Below, piece after piece: positions 1 to 11,219 of a stretch of 40,015 nucleotides of DNA. Location of the stretch: the sequence record PV889368.1, one strand, 5' to 3'. The notes under the pieces were generated by a model. The model saw only the letters and a program-made list of their open reading frames with translations, made no database searches and was not told the DNA's origin. The DNA comes from a phage. Position 1 is the stretch's first letter. Every line of letters begins with the position of its first letter. Made by a program: the position numbers and the translations under genes.

Positions 1-1483
1 GGCCTAATCCGACGCTTCCAAAATACTTGTTTCTAATAACCTTGATAGTACCAGCATGACTATAACGACAGTCAAAGCCACCCCCGCTTGCACCAGAGTT
101 CTCTACGTTAGCATACAGTAGGTTATTGTAGTCACCGGAGAATTGGAAACCGCTGTACTCCTGCCCGTTGGAACTAGGATCGCCTAACGCTAAACCTAGA
201 GCCATTACGGAGTAGTTAGTCTTATTAGCCATAATACCTTCCCGACCCCAATTCTCAATTCGGTCAGCGATGAATTGCGAGTAGTGGCATTCATGGAAGA
301 ACAGGGCACCCGCAGATTCAGTACGGAACCCATCGGGGGACAGTACAGGCGTATAGGTACGGCTGAAGTAGTTACTGTGCGCGTACTTAACGTATACATT
401 CACTTTCGGGCATTGTATTAAATACAATAAGTGCGTACCTACGTTAGCGCCGGACTGGCCAGCCTTATTACCGTCCACTTCATTAATATACACCTGAAGA
501 CCCCGCGTGTTGTTGTACGCATACAGGGCCCGGTCAAAGTCAACGCAACCATCTGGTAAGCTCATCTTGCCATAGATGAATACTTCTTTTGCATTAGATA
601 AATTAATATTCTTGGCTACCAAATTAAATCCGGCAGGCACAATTAAAGTCCCTGTTTCATCAACCATAGCCTGAGCAGCAGCAGAAGATTCTACCCCATT
701 TACTGCACCCCAATCTGCAACAGTAGGCTGCTCTTCATTTTTATCATGCTGAGTACGTGGTACCGCGCTATAAGATGACAGTCTTACACCAACTATCCTA
801 TCTCCTAACATTTCGTCTTGAGTTGATGACAGATCTGAACGCAACGATGCGTCGCCAACACTAACCCACGCGCCTAACCCAATGCCACCAGACGTTTCAG
901 GTGTTGAACCAGCAGGAACGTTCTTTGGAAGAGTACCATCCCAGCGGTAATACTCACCATCCTCTTCCCATAGCAGTACCTCGTTCAATTTTGTAACGTT
1001 GAAGCCTTTTTCAAAGGATCGACGGGTCATATAGCCAAGTTTACTGGCTGCCTTGATATTCTCAGCGATTCGTCGTGCTTCGTCCTCACTATCCTTAGCG
1101 TTGCTAGCATAGCTACCAGCAGCATCGGAATATTCCTTCGCTAAGTCAACAGTTTGGTCTCGACCTTCTTCTGCAATATGGATAGCCTGAAGCTCTGCAT
1201 TTGTCAGGTCACTAGCTGTCAACACTGAGCCATTCCTGAAGTCTACCACTAAGTCAGTTCCAGTCTGACGGTGAATACGAACGATGTCGAAACCTGATTG
1301 GTCAACCAACATCTCAATCTTCGTTGGATCAAGGAATCGGTAATCTCTACCAGCTTCCAGTACCCGGTTCAGGGCAGGGTTAGAGCTATTCACCAGCGTA
1401 ACAACAACAAACGTTCTGGCTAGGTAGTCGAACTCAATCCTGTACTGAGTGTTTCCTGAAGGGAATTGTGTAATCGTGGACAT
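1..1483 (-). CDS. Tail fiber/tailspike gp17, 5' portion (N-terminal ~494 aa). The ORF runs off the window start and continues at 39888..39320 through the end overlap, about 683 aa in total
   Basis: ATG at 1483..1481 preceded by AAGGAGG; N-terminus [30 protein letters not shown] resembles the T7 gp17 N-terminal adaptor domain; no stop before the window edge; the frame continues exactly into the 39320..39862 ORF. Confidence 0.85.
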   Translation of the reverse strand, partial: MSTITQFPSGNTQYRIEFDYLARTFVVVTLVNSSNPALNRVLEAGRDYRFLDPTKIEMLVDQSGFDIVRIHRQTGTDLVVDFRNGSVLTASDLTNAELQAIHIAEEGRDQTVDLAKEYSDAAGSYASNAKDSEDEARRIAENIKAASKLGYMTRRSFEKGFNVTKLNEVLLWEEDGEYYRWDGTLPKNVPAGSTPETSGGIGLGAWVSVGDASLRSDLSSTQDEMLGDRIVGVRLSSYSAVPRTQHDKNEEQPTVADWGAVNGVESSAAAQAMVDETGTLIVPAGFNLVAKNINLSNAKEVFIYGKMSLPDGCVDFDRALYAYNNTRGLQVYINEVDGNKAGQSGANVGTHLLYLIQCPKVNVYVKYAHSNYFSRTYTPVLSPDGFRTESAGALFFHECHYSQFIADRIENWGREGIMANKTNYSVMALGLALGDPSSNGQEYSGFQFSGDYNNLLYANVENSGASGGGFDCRYSHAGTIKVIRNKYFGSVGLG

Positions 1484-1529
1484 TATGCCTCCTTTGTGAT
1501 TTAAATGGAGACCTATGGTAGCGCCTCCC

Positions 1530-1552
1530 GTTTCCTATAGTGATAGTTTAGT
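1530..1552 (-). promoter_or_regulatory. Phage RNAP promoter (phi17-like) upstream of the tail fiber gene
   Basis: Minus strand reads CTAAACTATCACTATAGGAAA; one of 11 copies of the motif, each placed upstream of a gene block. Confidence 0.8.
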
Positions 1553-4500
1553 CCTTGATGTGGATACCTTGCTCCTCAAACGTTCCAAGTAATAGCTTCT
1601 GGGTAATTGGGTCGTTCGGAACCAGTTCACGGAACGTATTATACATCCCGGTCATGTAGTCACGCTCGTTGACACGAGTATCAGCCTTGAGGTAGCCAGC
1701 CAAGTTGTAAGCCGAAGCACCAACGTTAGCAGCATATCCGAAAGCTGGAACCTGCTCCAAGAAGTTACCAACAACATTCATCACAGGGTCGCTTGTAGCT
1801 GCACCATACGCGATGGCACGTTCAGTCTTCTCTGTAGGTGAACGAGGTAGTATAGACGAACGGAGCATCTTAGTGTCCTCATACCCAGCGATGCCACCCA
1901 GAATGTTAGCGACCCCAAGTGGGCCACCCAGATGTGAACTACGGGACAGGGCAGCATACCCAATCATCGTCGGGTTTAGAGCTTGCTTGAGGTAGTCACG
2001 GTCTCGACCATCCTGCATAGCGTAAGCCTTGACGTGCGCCTGAGCCATGTAGTAGATACCAGCTAGACCCATAGACATCACAGTGGACAGAGCAGCGTCC
2101 ATCGCTCGGTTGTTCTTCGTGGCGTTATAGAAGGTTCGCATGGTTCGCCCATTGATGGACTTGATGACGAAGTTCTTAAACTGAAGGACAGTCTTAGCGA
2201 GAGGGCCGTAAGCCTTGGCATCCATGTTAGACAGCTTATAAGGTCGTAGTAACGTTTCATCAGCGATGGTGTCACCCATACGCCACAGGTCCATAGCCCT
2301 TGGGTCCTGACTGAACGCCTTCTTATCCTTGATGGTGTACTTACCGTCTGGACCACGAGTCACTGACTCACGGATTAGGGACTTAATTCCCTTCCACTGC
2401 TCGTCAGAGATACCAGCGGTCTTCAGCCATCGGTCATCGAACTTACGCTTACTACCAGTCAGACTATGCTCCACGATGTCAGACAGGAATCCCTGACGTC
2501 CAGCATCTAACAGGTAGTTGGTCGTACCGTTGAGGACTTTAGTGAACGGAGAGCGTACTGCAAGTTCACCAGTGTAATACTTGGCAGTCCCCAGAGCTGT
2601 AGCCGTACCACGACCGAGGTCACTGTAAGACCGCAGACGGTCGATGACATCCTGTTTAGACGGACGGATTGAGTCATCAAGTTCCTTACCGAAGAGAACA
2701 TTGTGAAGGTCCTTAATCTCTGAGGCGCCTACCTTCTTGTTACGGAAGGCTAGGTCACGGAACATCGGGACTCCATGAAGCAGCGCACGAACGTTACCAC
2801 GAGCCAGCATACCACCAATCTCCGTTAAGTTCTGAACACCCATGTAGGCATTCTTAGCGAAGAACGATAGGTCTGTCATTGTGCGCATCACGGTAGCGAA
2901 GGCTGCATCATCAGCACCATCACGTCGAGCACGACCAGTGAGAATCTTCAAGGTGTCACGTAAGGTAGATACTTCACCTTTCAACTTACCGTCATCCCCA
3001 GCCTTGTTCATCATGGTCTCAACCAAGTCCTTCATGTCCTTCGTGGTTTTGCCTGTACCAGCCATGATAGCAATATCGCCATTAACTCGACGGTTGTAGG
3101 CCGGGACAATCTTGTCCATGTCCCACTCACGAAGGTTGTTGACACTGAAGGTCTGACCGTTAGGCAGGACGATTGACATGTCACTATCGAATAGGTTACG
3201 AGCCTCAAGGAAGCTGTTGTTCTCCAGACCAACCAGACCGTTGATATTCTCTTCCATTACGGATGAGCGTTCGAACTTCTCGGTGTGAGAGATACCGTAA
3301 GCCTTATCGTTGGCGTACTTATCGACCGCAGCCGCAAGTCCTTCTGGAGTCAACGTAGGGTCAGCCTCTGAGAGTGCCTCGTCCACACGTTTCTTGACTT
3401 CAGGTCGAGACGCATAGCTTGTCAACCATGACTTCTTGATGGCCTCCTGCAACGCCTCTGGACTCCCAAGCTCCTTGATATACAGCTCCTTCATCTGTTT
3501 GCTATACACATGAGGGACGTAGGTCCCCTTGAATCGGCTACCCGGAAAGATAGACTTAGCGTCTGGGCGACCAAACATAGCTGGGTTCTCCATCATCTCA
3601 CGCTTGGCGTCAAACTGGTTCTTCAGCAGGTCATAGACTTTCAGTTCTCCCGGAGTCAGTTCAGCCTTAAGGTTTCCGCTACCATCTTCGATAGCCATAG
3701 ACACACGCTGGTAGATGTCCTGACGGAATGCTCCGGAGTCTCGCCAGAATGCTGTCTGGAAGTACGGGTCCTTTAGTGCCTCAGTAACCGCATCGTCGAT
3801 GTCATTGTAGAACCGATGGTCCACTGCACGAAGTCGCTCGAACACGTCTGACGCTGTAGTCCCAATCTTCCCGCTCGCACCTGACTGCATACCTGTGGGG
3901 GAACGCACCAAGTCAGCGGCAAGTCCGCGAATCTCAGGGTTCTCAGACCTCAAGAGCTTCAAGCCAATCTCGGTAAGTCCACCAAGGTTTACACCAGCAG
4001 CAGCACGTTCAGGCTCAATCACCTCGTCGAAGACTTGGCGTGTCTTAGGGTTTAGTGGGTTCTCGCCAATCAGGATTGAACCATCTTCCAGTCGTACACT
4101 ACCCGGCTCATTCGGAACTTCAGCGAACTTAACACCTTGATGACTAAATGTCTGCTCACCTTCCTGAATAGGGAGACGAGACAGGTCCTGACCATCAACG
4201 TTACGAGCGGTCTCACGAGCTTCCAGACGTGTAGCTGGGCCAGCGAACTCATTAGAGTTGCGGCCTAAGGCTCTGCCTAATCCATCAGCGATAGCAGTCA
4301 TACCTGCACCGAATAGAGCACCACCAAGGATAGCTTCAGCCACATGAGCATCACCACCAGCCACTGAGGTACGGGCAACCTCAGACACACCAGATAGTGC
4401 TCCAGCTTGGGCAGCCACTGTGAACATCTTGTTGACCAGTTTACCGCCTTTACCCACCTGTCCAGCGATAGGAACGTAGGTCAGTGGGTCCACGCCAGCA

Positions 4501-5435
4501 CCAATAACACCAGCCGCCAGTTGAGCGCCAGTCCCAGCCTTGGCCTTCTCTTGGTCCAACTTCTGGTTCTCCAGCGCCAAGTTAATAAGCTCGGTCAGGT
4601 TCTGAGGAGAGCCGCCAGTAATGACTCCGTAATACTGAGGCAGAACCCCAGCGTTACGAATCTGGTCCAGCTCCTCGCGAGTCCACTTATGGTTGTTCCA
4701 TCTGGTAGGGTTGAACACGTCACCAATGACATCCAGTGAGTCCTCGGTCTTACCAGCGCGGATAGCAACGCCGACCATAGAGTTCTTCACTTCAGCTTCT
4801 GTAGCCGCACCGAAACCGAACCACGTAGAGCGGCCCTCTCGTTCCTGCATGGTCTCTCCAGTAGCCTTATAGAACATCTCACCGAACGATTCGTTGGGAG
4901 CTTCAGGTGCTTGACCCTCAATGTTAAGACCAGCAGCGGTCGGAAGGTTCTCACCAAGAGCTACTTTAGGTTTAGCCTTGAGTCCTTCCGTGAGTGCGTC
5001 AAATACGTTTGCGCTTACTGGTGGAGTCTTTGGGCTGATACCGTTAAGTGCTCTTTCGACTCCCTTCTGATAGACTTCAGGGTCGTACCGGGAGCCTGTC
5101 TCATGGAAGCCGATAGCTTGCGCCAGAGAAGACAGGGTGTCAGGGTCCGTCAGGTCGAGACTCTGGGTAGCTGGAATACCAGTAGCAGATACAACCGAGT
5201 CGATGTAGGACTTAGTGTCGTTCTCGTTCGGAGGTGCCCAACGGTTGATAATCTTCTCGATGGAGTCATAACCTTGGCGACCGTAGCTTTGAAGGTTTTT
5301 CGCTAATGCTCTTACTCCTGATTCAGGACTATCGAAGATAACGAATGCACCATCATCTCCCACAGCACCTTCCCATTGGTCCTTACTTACCCGGAGGTTA
5401 CCCAGATTATTATTGCGAATACCACGAGTCGCCAT
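1548..5435 (-). CDS. Internal virion protein D (gp16-like, ~1295 aa)
   Basis: Large ORF in the T7 gene 16 position; C-terminal two thirds resemble T7 gp16 from memory (e.g. VRSPTGMQSGASGK, NPAMFG, KGTYVPHVY); start moved to ATG 5435..5433 with AAGGAG RBS. Confidence 0.85.
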   Translation of the reverse strand: MATRGIRNNNLGNLRVSKDQWEGAVGDDGAFVIFDSPESGVRALAKNLQSYGRQGYDSIEKIINRWAPPNENDTKSYIDSVVSATGIPATQSLDLTDPDTLSSLAQAIGFHETGSRYDPEVYQKGVERALNGISPKTPPVSANVFDALTEGLKAKPKVALGENLPTAAGLNIEGQAPEAPNESFGEMFYKATGETMQEREGRSTWFGFGAATEAEVKNSMVGVAIRAGKTEDSLDVIGDVFNPTRWNNHKWTREELDQIRNAGVLPQYYGVITGGSPQNLTELINLALENQKLDQEKAKAGTGAQLAAGVIGAGVDPLTYVPIAGQVGKGGKLVNKMFTVAAQAGALSGVSEVARTSVAGGDAHVAEAILGGALFGAGMTAIADGLGRALGRNSNEFAGPATRLEARETARNVDGQDLSRLPIQEGEQTFSHQGVKFAEVPNEPGSVRLEDGSILIGENPLNPKTRQVFDEVIEPERAAAGVNLGGLTEIGLKLLRSENPEIRGLAADLVRSPTGMQSGASGKIGTTASDVFERLRAVDHRFYNDIDDAVTEALKDPYFQTAFWRDSGAFRQDIYQRVSMAIEDGSGNLKAELTPGELKVYDLLKNQFDAKREMMENPAMFGRPDAKSIFPGSRFKGTYVPHVYSKQMKELYIKELGSPEALQEAIKKSWLTSYASRPEVKKRVDEALSEADPTLTPEGLAAAVDKYANDKAYGISHTEKFERSSVMEENINGLVGLENNSFLEARNLFDSDMSIVLPNGQTFSVNNLREWDMDKIVPAYNRRVNGDIAIMAGTGKTTKDMKDLVETMMNKAGDDGKLKGEVSTLRDTLKILTGRARRDGADDAAFATVMRTMTDLSFFAKNAYMGVQNLTEIGGMLARGNVRALLHGVPMFRDLAFRNKKVGASEIKDLHNVLFGKELDDSIRPSKQDVIDRLRSYSDLGRGTATALGTAKYYTGELAVRSPFTKVLNGTTNYLLDAGRQGFLSDIVEHSLTGSKRKFDDRWLKTAGISDEQWKGIKSLIRESVTRGPDGKYTIKDKKAFSQDPRAMDLWRMGDTIADETLLRPYKLSNMDAKAYGPLAKTVLQFKNFVIKSINGRTMRTFYNATKNNRAMDAALSTVMSMGLAGIYYMAQAHVKAYAMQDGRDRDYLKQALNPTMIGYAALSRSSHLGGPLGVANILGGIAGYEDTKMLRSSILPRSPTEKTERAIAYGAATSDPVMNVVGNFLEQVPAFGYAANVGASAYNLAGYLKADTRVNERDYMTGMYNTFRELVPNDPITQKLLLGTFEEQGIHIKD

Positions 5436-5439
5436 TATG

Positions 5440-7722
5440 TTACTCCTTACCAATTAGTGCGTTTGCGATACCCTCCAGTGATACGTCATTGTACATCCCA
5501 CCGCGCTTCTCGATGTTGGCCTCTCGGTCAGCTCGACGTTTGTCACCAGCAGCTTTAGTCCCGACGATACGCGCTCGCTTGTTGGCGTCACGTTCTGCCT
5601 GAGCATATGCGGCATCTTGTGCCTTCTGCTGTTGTTCGCGGTAGAGTTTACCTACAAGTTCTTTATCGTAGCGAATACGAATAGTCCCTGTAGCGTCTTG
5701 GAGGAAGATAGAGCCGTTCTGTTCAACAACGGACAACTGAGAGTTCACTACCCAAGGGTTGGCCTTAACGAGCTGCTTACGAGCGGTGTCGATAATGTCT
5801 CGACCTACCTGCCACGACTCTGGGTTATCCCCGACCATAAGCTGGTGCTTGGACACCATGCCGATGGACTTACCGTCAGAGCCTTCAGACTGGAACGTTA
5901 CAGTGTTCTCATTCAGCCAGCGTTGAGTCTGCTGAGTTGCAGCGTCAGCGTTACCTGTACGATAGTACCATGAGTCCCAGACCTTACGAGCACTTGAATC
6001 CAGAGACGTTGGGAGGCGAGACAACTGGGTGTTCTTGGAGTCGTTCTTCAACTCCTGCCACGCCTTGTCTGACTCAATGCGCATCTCACGGCTTTGACTT
6101 GCAGCTTGCTTATCAGCTTCAATCATCGTCTGAGGGTCCAGACCCATCTTGTCCATCTGGTCGAACGTAGAGAACAACTGAGCTTGGTCAGGATACAGAG
6201 CAGCAAAACTTGAAGGGTCCTGAGTGTAGGCACGACGAAGAGATTCGAAGCGTTGCATCTTTTCTGGGTCGTACTGCCCACGGATGACCGCAGCTTGCCA
6301 CTCACCAGCAGCGTCCTGAGTCAGAGTCTGGAAGGCATTACGGAACGGACCGTTGTTAGTGTCGGCTCTTAACAATGCCACCTTCTGAGCGTCTTTAGCA
6401 GCCTCAGGGATGTCCATCTGGTCAATCTGCTGTAGCTTGGCAGACGCATAGTTGTTCATGTCTGAACGCTTGAACTCTCCTGTAGCTTCAGAGACCGGAA
6501 GGTCCTCATAGTTGGTGGACACGTTGTCCCCAGCCAGACGTCGCTGATAAACTTGGTCAATGACCAATTGCTTGTTCTGGGTCTGGATTAACTTAGTGTT
6601 CTCCTTCGCCTGTTCAGCTGACTTACGCTTGACCGCTTCCAGTAAGCTGGCTTCGGCATTAATAAGCATCTGACGCTGAGGCGTGAGTTCTTCGCCGGGT
6701 TGAAGCTGGTTGTTCTGCTCCTTGAGTTTTTGAATCTGGGCCAGACCGATGGTTGGGTCATCCTGAAGAATCGCAGACTGGACGCCTAACGCTAAGTCTT
6801 CCTGATACTTAGCCACCAGCTTGTACTCAGTTCCTTGTGCCTCAACAATAGCAGCGTTGAAGACATCAGGTCCTACAATCTCTTCGACTGTAGCGTCCAC
6901 ACCGTTAAGGGTGATTCTCTCGCCTCGTACTTGCTGTAGGAAGTTTGAGCCGCCAGACTTCTGGATTGCGTCACGGACCGTCTGGGTAATGACCTCTCGT
7001 GCTCGCTGGTCCGAAGGGATAGCAGCAGTCGTCAGTCCATCCCGAAGGTAGGCCATGAAGGTCTTTCCAGACTCAGGCGAGCGCATCAAGTCCCCATCGT
7101 TAAGGAACGAGTTCATCTCAATACGAGTGTTCAACATTGCTGTCTCTTCAGACTGCTTGCTGAAATACTTATTGAAGGACCCGTAGATAGCGATGTTTCG
7201 GTCCGTGATGTTATCGTTGAATCCCCGCTGGAAGAACTCGTCGGTAGGGTTGATACCCGCCTCTTCAGCATAGGACTTAGCGGCATCCTGAAGTCGCTGG
7301 TGGCGATACTCTTCCATGTCCTGACGTGTTCGGAACTCACCGTTCTGAATCTTAACGTTAATCTCGTCGTCTACGGCAAAGGCAGCATTACGACCAGTCT
7401 TGACTCGAAGTGCTTCCATAGCGTAAGGGTCATCCTGATACAGCAATGTGCCGTTCTGGATAGCCTCACGTCTTTGCTGAGGTGTCAGCTTACGGATAAT
7501 CTCGTTAGACCTCTCGTCAGCTCTGGTCTTCTCCTCGTCCTTGAACTGCTTGTACAATCCAGTCCCAGACTCAACGAAGTTGGTTAATGCACGAGCCAGA
7601 CCGGAGTCACCAGTCGGAGCCTGAACGTTGGCTGCTTGATAGTTGACGGCGATAGTTTTACCCGGCGCTCTGCCACGACCTATAGTCCGATTAGCAAGAG
7701 CTGATTCAATATTACTAGCCAT
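5440..7722 (-). CDS. Internal core protein C (gp15-like, 760 aa)
   Basis: Large ORF between gp14 and gp16 homologs, ATG with RBS; positional and size match to T7 gp15. Confidence 0.75.
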   Translation of the reverse strand: MASNIESALANRTIGRGRAPGKTIAVNYQAANVQAPTGDSGLARALTNFVESGTGLYKQFKDEEKTRADERSNEIIRKLTPQQRREAIQNGTLLYQDDPYAMEALRVKTGRNAAFAVDDEINVKIQNGEFRTRQDMEEYRHQRLQDAAKSYAEEAGINPTDEFFQRGFNDNITDRNIAIYGSFNKYFSKQSEETAMLNTRIEMNSFLNDGDLMRSPESGKTFMAYLRDGLTTAAIPSDQRAREVITQTVRDAIQKSGGSNFLQQVRGERITLNGVDATVEEIVGPDVFNAAIVEAQGTEYKLVAKYQEDLALGVQSAILQDDPTIGLAQIQKLKEQNNQLQPGEELTPQRQMLINAEASLLEAVKRKSAEQAKENTKLIQTQNKQLVIDQVYQRRLAGDNVSTNYEDLPVSEATGEFKRSDMNNYASAKLQQIDQMDIPEAAKDAQKVALLRADTNNGPFRNAFQTLTQDAAGEWQAAVIRGQYDPEKMQRFESLRRAYTQDPSSFAALYPDQAQLFSTFDQMDKMGLDPQTMIEADKQAASQSREMRIESDKAWQELKNDSKNTQLSRLPTSLDSSARKVWDSWYYRTGNADAATQQTQRWLNENTVTFQSEGSDGKSIGMVSKHQLMVGDNPESWQVGRDIIDTARKQLVKANPWVVNSQLSVVEQNGSIFLQDATGTIRIRYDKELVGKLYREQQQKAQDAAYAQAERDANKRARIVGTKAAGDKRRADREANIEKRGGMYNDVSLEGIANALIGKE

Positions 7723-7733
7723 TAGTCCTCCTC

Positions 7734-8321
7734 TTAGCTATGACCTGTAGGTGTACCTTTAGCAGCACTAATTGGTGCAGAACCACCAGAGCTGGACTCT
7801 CCCGAGATTGACTTACCAGCGGCGTAGCCCATCGCCCCGGCGTTAGCAACATTAAGTGCATGAGCCAGTGGGCTGGTCTTAATGATTTTACCTTGACCAC
7901 GGATAGCAGACTTGGTGTTCTCAATGTTGGCTATACGGTTCCCGAAGATAGCCGCATAGTCTCGGTTGTAACTTTCGGTAATCCCTGCTCGCTCCTTGAC
8001 TGTATCTCCTTTGACCTGACGTTCAATCCTGTCCATAGAGTTACCTTCCAGACCCGACTCAGCCACCGCAGCTCGGACCATACCCTGATTGCGTATACCG
8101 TTGAGCGTTGTCTCTGTCAGTTCAGCCATCTGCTGCTCCTTCAGGTCTCGCTCCTGCATCCTCAGGTTGGCGTCAGAGTAGTTCATCTGCTTAACCATTT
8201 CCTGAGCCTGTCGGTTCTGAGCGTCAATTGCTGCACCTTCGGCTTTGGCCTGCTGGGATGCGGACATAGTGGCCCCGGCTACAGCCATGATACCCATGCC
8301 GATACTTACGGGTTCACACAT
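7734..8321 (-). CDS. Internal virion protein B (gp14-like)
   Basis: Begins MCEP..., contains EGNSMDRIERQVKG and ends with AAKGTPTGHS, similar to T7 gp14 (MCWAA..., EGSSMDRIKR, VAAKGTKTGR). Confidence 0.8.
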   Translation of the reverse strand: MCEPVSIGMGIMAVAGATMSASQQAKAEGAAIDAQNRQAQEMVKQMNYSDANLRMQERDLKEQQMAELTETTLNGIRNQGMVRAAVAESGLEGNSMDRIERQVKGDTVKERAGITESYNRDYAAIFGNRIANIENTKSAIRGQGKIIKTSPLAHALNVANAGAMGYAAGKSISGESSSGGSAPISAAKGTPTGHS

Positions 8322-8776
8322 ACGTCCTCCTTAGAGATAGTGAATAATTGAAAACGCTCACCAGTTACCGGGCTGATAGTCCAATCATCATGGAACTTAG
8401 CGCCAAGCAACTTCAAGAATTTAATGTGAGACTTATTGCCTGACCACACGTAGTTCCAGATGGTCCCGTATTGGTCTAACATTAAGTCCCTGTACTCAGA
8501 GATACGCTTTATGAACTCTCGCTTCTCTTTAGGTCTCAGCTTGTGGACCAGACCTGAAGTCAAGAACCATACGCTATCCCCTTTGTTTCCACCATAGGCA
8601 AACACTTCGCCTACACCGTTCGTTAAAACCACAGATGACGGTGATAAATGCTTAAGCAGTCTTTCAGATAGACCCACGGTTGACCCATAGTTTGCTTTGC
8701 ACTCATTAACATCATCTGCTGAAAGATGCCACAGAAAGTAGTGGACATCTGGTTCAGTAGCCTTGCGAATATACAT
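8306..8776 (-). CDS. Internal virion protein A (gp13-position, 156 aa)
   Basis: ATG with AAGGAGA RBS, located between gp12 and gp14 homologs directly downstream of a phi13-like promoter; assignment is positional. Confidence 0.5.
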   Translation of the reverse strand: MYIRKATEPDVHYFLWHLSADDVNECKANYGSTVGLSERLLKHLSPSSVVLTNGVGEVFAYGGNKGDSVWFLTSGLVHKLRPKEKREFIKRISEYRDLMLDQYGTIWNYVWSGNKSHIKFLKLLGAKFHDDWTISPVTGERFQLFTISKEDVCVNP

Positions 8777-8805
8777 AAAGTCTCCTTATAACCTTAAGGG
8801 CCTAT

Positions 8806-8828
8806 AGTCCCTATAGTGATAGTTAAGG
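8806..8828 (-). promoter_or_regulatory. Phage RNAP promoter (phi13-like)
   Basis: Minus strand CTTAACTATCACTATAGGGACTATAGG. Confidence 0.8.
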
Positions 8829-8852
8829 TAAATCTATAGGCCCTTCAATAAG

Positions 8853-11210
8853 TTAGACGGAACGAGCTTTCTTAGCGTATGACGCCTCCCAGCCACACCC
8901 AACGATGGACACTGGGGTAGGATAGTCTGACTCTAAGGTTAGACTCGTGGTTAATGCGTTACCATTCATAGCGAAGCGATACTGACCATCCCCAATGTTG
9001 GTAGTCCCGATGGTTTGCTGACCAAGGGTGTACCCGTTGAAGGTATTCACGAACTCCCGCTCACCGTTTCTGACAATGAGTCTCAGAGCGCCAGTGTCCC
9101 TGTAGTTGACCCAAGCCCGACGAAGCTGTAGACGACCAGTGTCTTCAGACTGAGTGCCACTATCATCTTCAATCTTAATCAGGAACCGTGAGAACTTGTA
9201 GGACATCAGATAGGACCGTCCGATGAACACTGTATGTCCTGACCAATCGCCGTTGAGGGTAATCACAGTAGAGATACTGGTCAAGTCCCCAAGGTCCACA
9301 TAAGCACCCTGACTGTCAATCAGATAGTACCGACCGGGAGACGGAGCGTTGCCACCATAAGCAGAACCAATGTCAACCGTAGTCTTATAGGTGTCAACGT
9401 TGTATGAGCCAATTGGTATTACCATAGACACCTTGGAGTCAACGTGGAGTCTATACGGCTCTAATGGAAAGTCAGTTGCCTCCTTGATGAACTTAAGGTG
9501 CTCAAGGTCCACTCCGCCTTGGTGCTGACGAACAATGAACATGGTAGAGCCAATCGACGCAGACGCCAGAATCTTATCAGCTTTAGGGAACTCCCAGTGC
9601 GACCAAGAGGCTTGAAGCTGTACGCCGTCCTTAAACAAGAACTTGTAGATGTAGATTCGGTTGTATGCACCTGTAGAGTTGACGCAGATGTAGTTCTCAG
9701 TTCCTGTACCTTGAATGTCAAAAACCCCGTTAGGAATATAGGACAGTACGTGGCCAGTGGTATCATCAGCATCCTTCACATCAGACACATCCGCTACAGC
9801 GAAGTATCGCTTAATGCTGGTGAATGATCCACGAGGCGCTGAGAAGAAGACTGAGCGTCCTACAGCGAATGGTCTGGCATTATCGCCTAAGGCAAACTCT
9901 GAGCCTACATCAAGCTGGATAGACTTCGAGGTAAGGACCCCAGAGCTTGTCATTACGAACTGAACCTCATCCGACCAAAGTAGTAGCTGCTCGCTAAACG
10001 GAACGGCATACTTAAGGATTGAGATTCTAGGGTGACTTACAGCTACATCAATAGGGTCATCATCACTCAGTGTCGCCACACTCTTAGGGAAGAACGCAAA
10101 GTAGCTGGCTGAACGGCTCATGATTACATTCTCACCAGACAAGAACCCAAGTCTGTTCCTGTAGAAGAACACATCATTAATCGCAGCATCCACGAAGCTA
10201 GGCATAGGGTTTGTGTCATCGTTACCAGCACCACGCTTGGACCAATCCAGAGTCTTGAACTCAAAGGAGCCATCAGACTGTCTTACCAGAGCATGTGGCA
10301 TTGTGGTTACATCGAACCCAGTGACAACTCCCGGCTCCACTGTCTCCTTCCACGTCTTAGTGTTGGAGTCATACATCACGTAGTATTCATCGGCGCTACT
10401 GTTTGTCTCACCTTGAATCTTAATGATATACCCATTAGGAGCTGCAAGAGGTAGCTTAGAGATTGTCTGCACAGTGTCTAGGACTGGGCTTATTAGCTGG
10501 TTAGCGTACCCATCCTCCGTCTCCACTGAGTTAATGTCGGTCCCTGAAGGAGCTGTGATTAGCAGGAAGCCAGACCCAAGGTCAAACGTGAAGGTCGGAT
10601 AGGAAGCAACAAGAAGGTCTCTCAGAGCTGCACCAATGGCTTGAGCGTCCACCTTAGGTGGGTCATTCTCGGCATCATTACCTGCTGGTAGCTTATGCAC
10701 GACCTTAACGCCACCGTTGATTCCCACCTTAAGGGTTCGACCATACTGTCCACCACGCAGGTTAATTAAAGCTCGTGATTTGCGGTTATAACCAGAGTGT
10801 GACTTCTCGCTTCCACCTTTGACGACAACCTTACGGTTAACGACGAACGTATAGTCTGCCACGGTAACGACACGGATGTCATCTCGTGGGTTGGAGGACT
10901 TAACGTAATCTACCGAACCTGACACTGAGTATTGATTGCCACTCAAGTCAACTACCTGAACGTTGGACCCGTTGAACACGATGTAATACTGCTCATGCTC
11001 GTCACGGTTAATCAGGTGGAACTTAGGGTTGCTCCCAACGTCGATGTTAAGACGTCGCTTGAAGACTGTAGGTGGGCGCTTCTGGAGGCCATCACTCTCG
11101 GATGACCAGCAGTTAACCTGTGCCTCGCCTTGGTCTGAGAACCTCAGTATATCAGGCTGCTGGCTAATGCCACCTTTAAGATTTTTTATGCTTTGCGTGA
11201 TAAGCGGCAT
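8853..11210 (-). CDS. Tail tubular protein B (gp12)
   Basis: N-terminus MPLITQSIKNLKGGISQQPDILRF matches T7 gp12 MALISQSIKNLKGGISQQPDILRY; also GRLQLRRAWVNY and IVGCGWE near the C-terminus. Confidence 0.93.
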   Translation of the reverse strand: MPLITQSIKNLKGGISQQPDILRFSDQGEAQVNCWSSESDGLQKRPPTVFKRRLNIDVGSNPKFHLINRDEHEQYYIVFNGSNVQVVDLSGNQYSVSGSVDYVKSSNPRDDIRVVTVADYTFVVNRKVVVKGGSEKSHSGYNRKSRALINLRGGQYGRTLKVGINGGVKVVHKLPAGNDAENDPPKVDAQAIGAALRDLLVASYPTFTFDLGSGFLLITAPSGTDINSVETEDGYANQLISPVLDTVQTISKLPLAAPNGYIIKIQGETNSSADEYYVMYDSNTKTWKETVEPGVVTGFDVTTMPHALVRQSDGSFEFKTLDWSKRGAGNDDTNPMPSFVDAAINDVFFYRNRLGFLSGENVIMSRSASYFAFFPKSVATLSDDDPIDVAVSHPRISILKYAVPFSEQLLLWSDEVQFVMTSSGVLTSKSIQLDVGSEFALGDNARPFAVGRSVFFSAPRGSFTSIKRYFAVADVSDVKDADDTTGHVLSYIPNGVFDIQGTGTENYICVNSTGAYNRIYIYKFLFKDGVQLQASWSHWEFPKADKILASASIGSTMFIVRQHQGGVDLEHLKFIKEATDFPLEPYRLHVDSKVSMVIPIGSYNVDTYKTTVDIGSAYGGNAPSPGRYYLIDSQGAYVDLGDLTSISTVITLNGDWSGHTVFIGRSYLMSYKFSRFLIKIEDDSGTQSEDTGRLQLRRAWVNYRDTGALRLIVRNGEREFVNTFNGYTLGQQTIGTTNIGDGQYRFAMNGNALTTSLTLESDYPTPVSIVGCGWEASYAKKARSV

Positions 11211-11219
11211 GTGCCCTCC

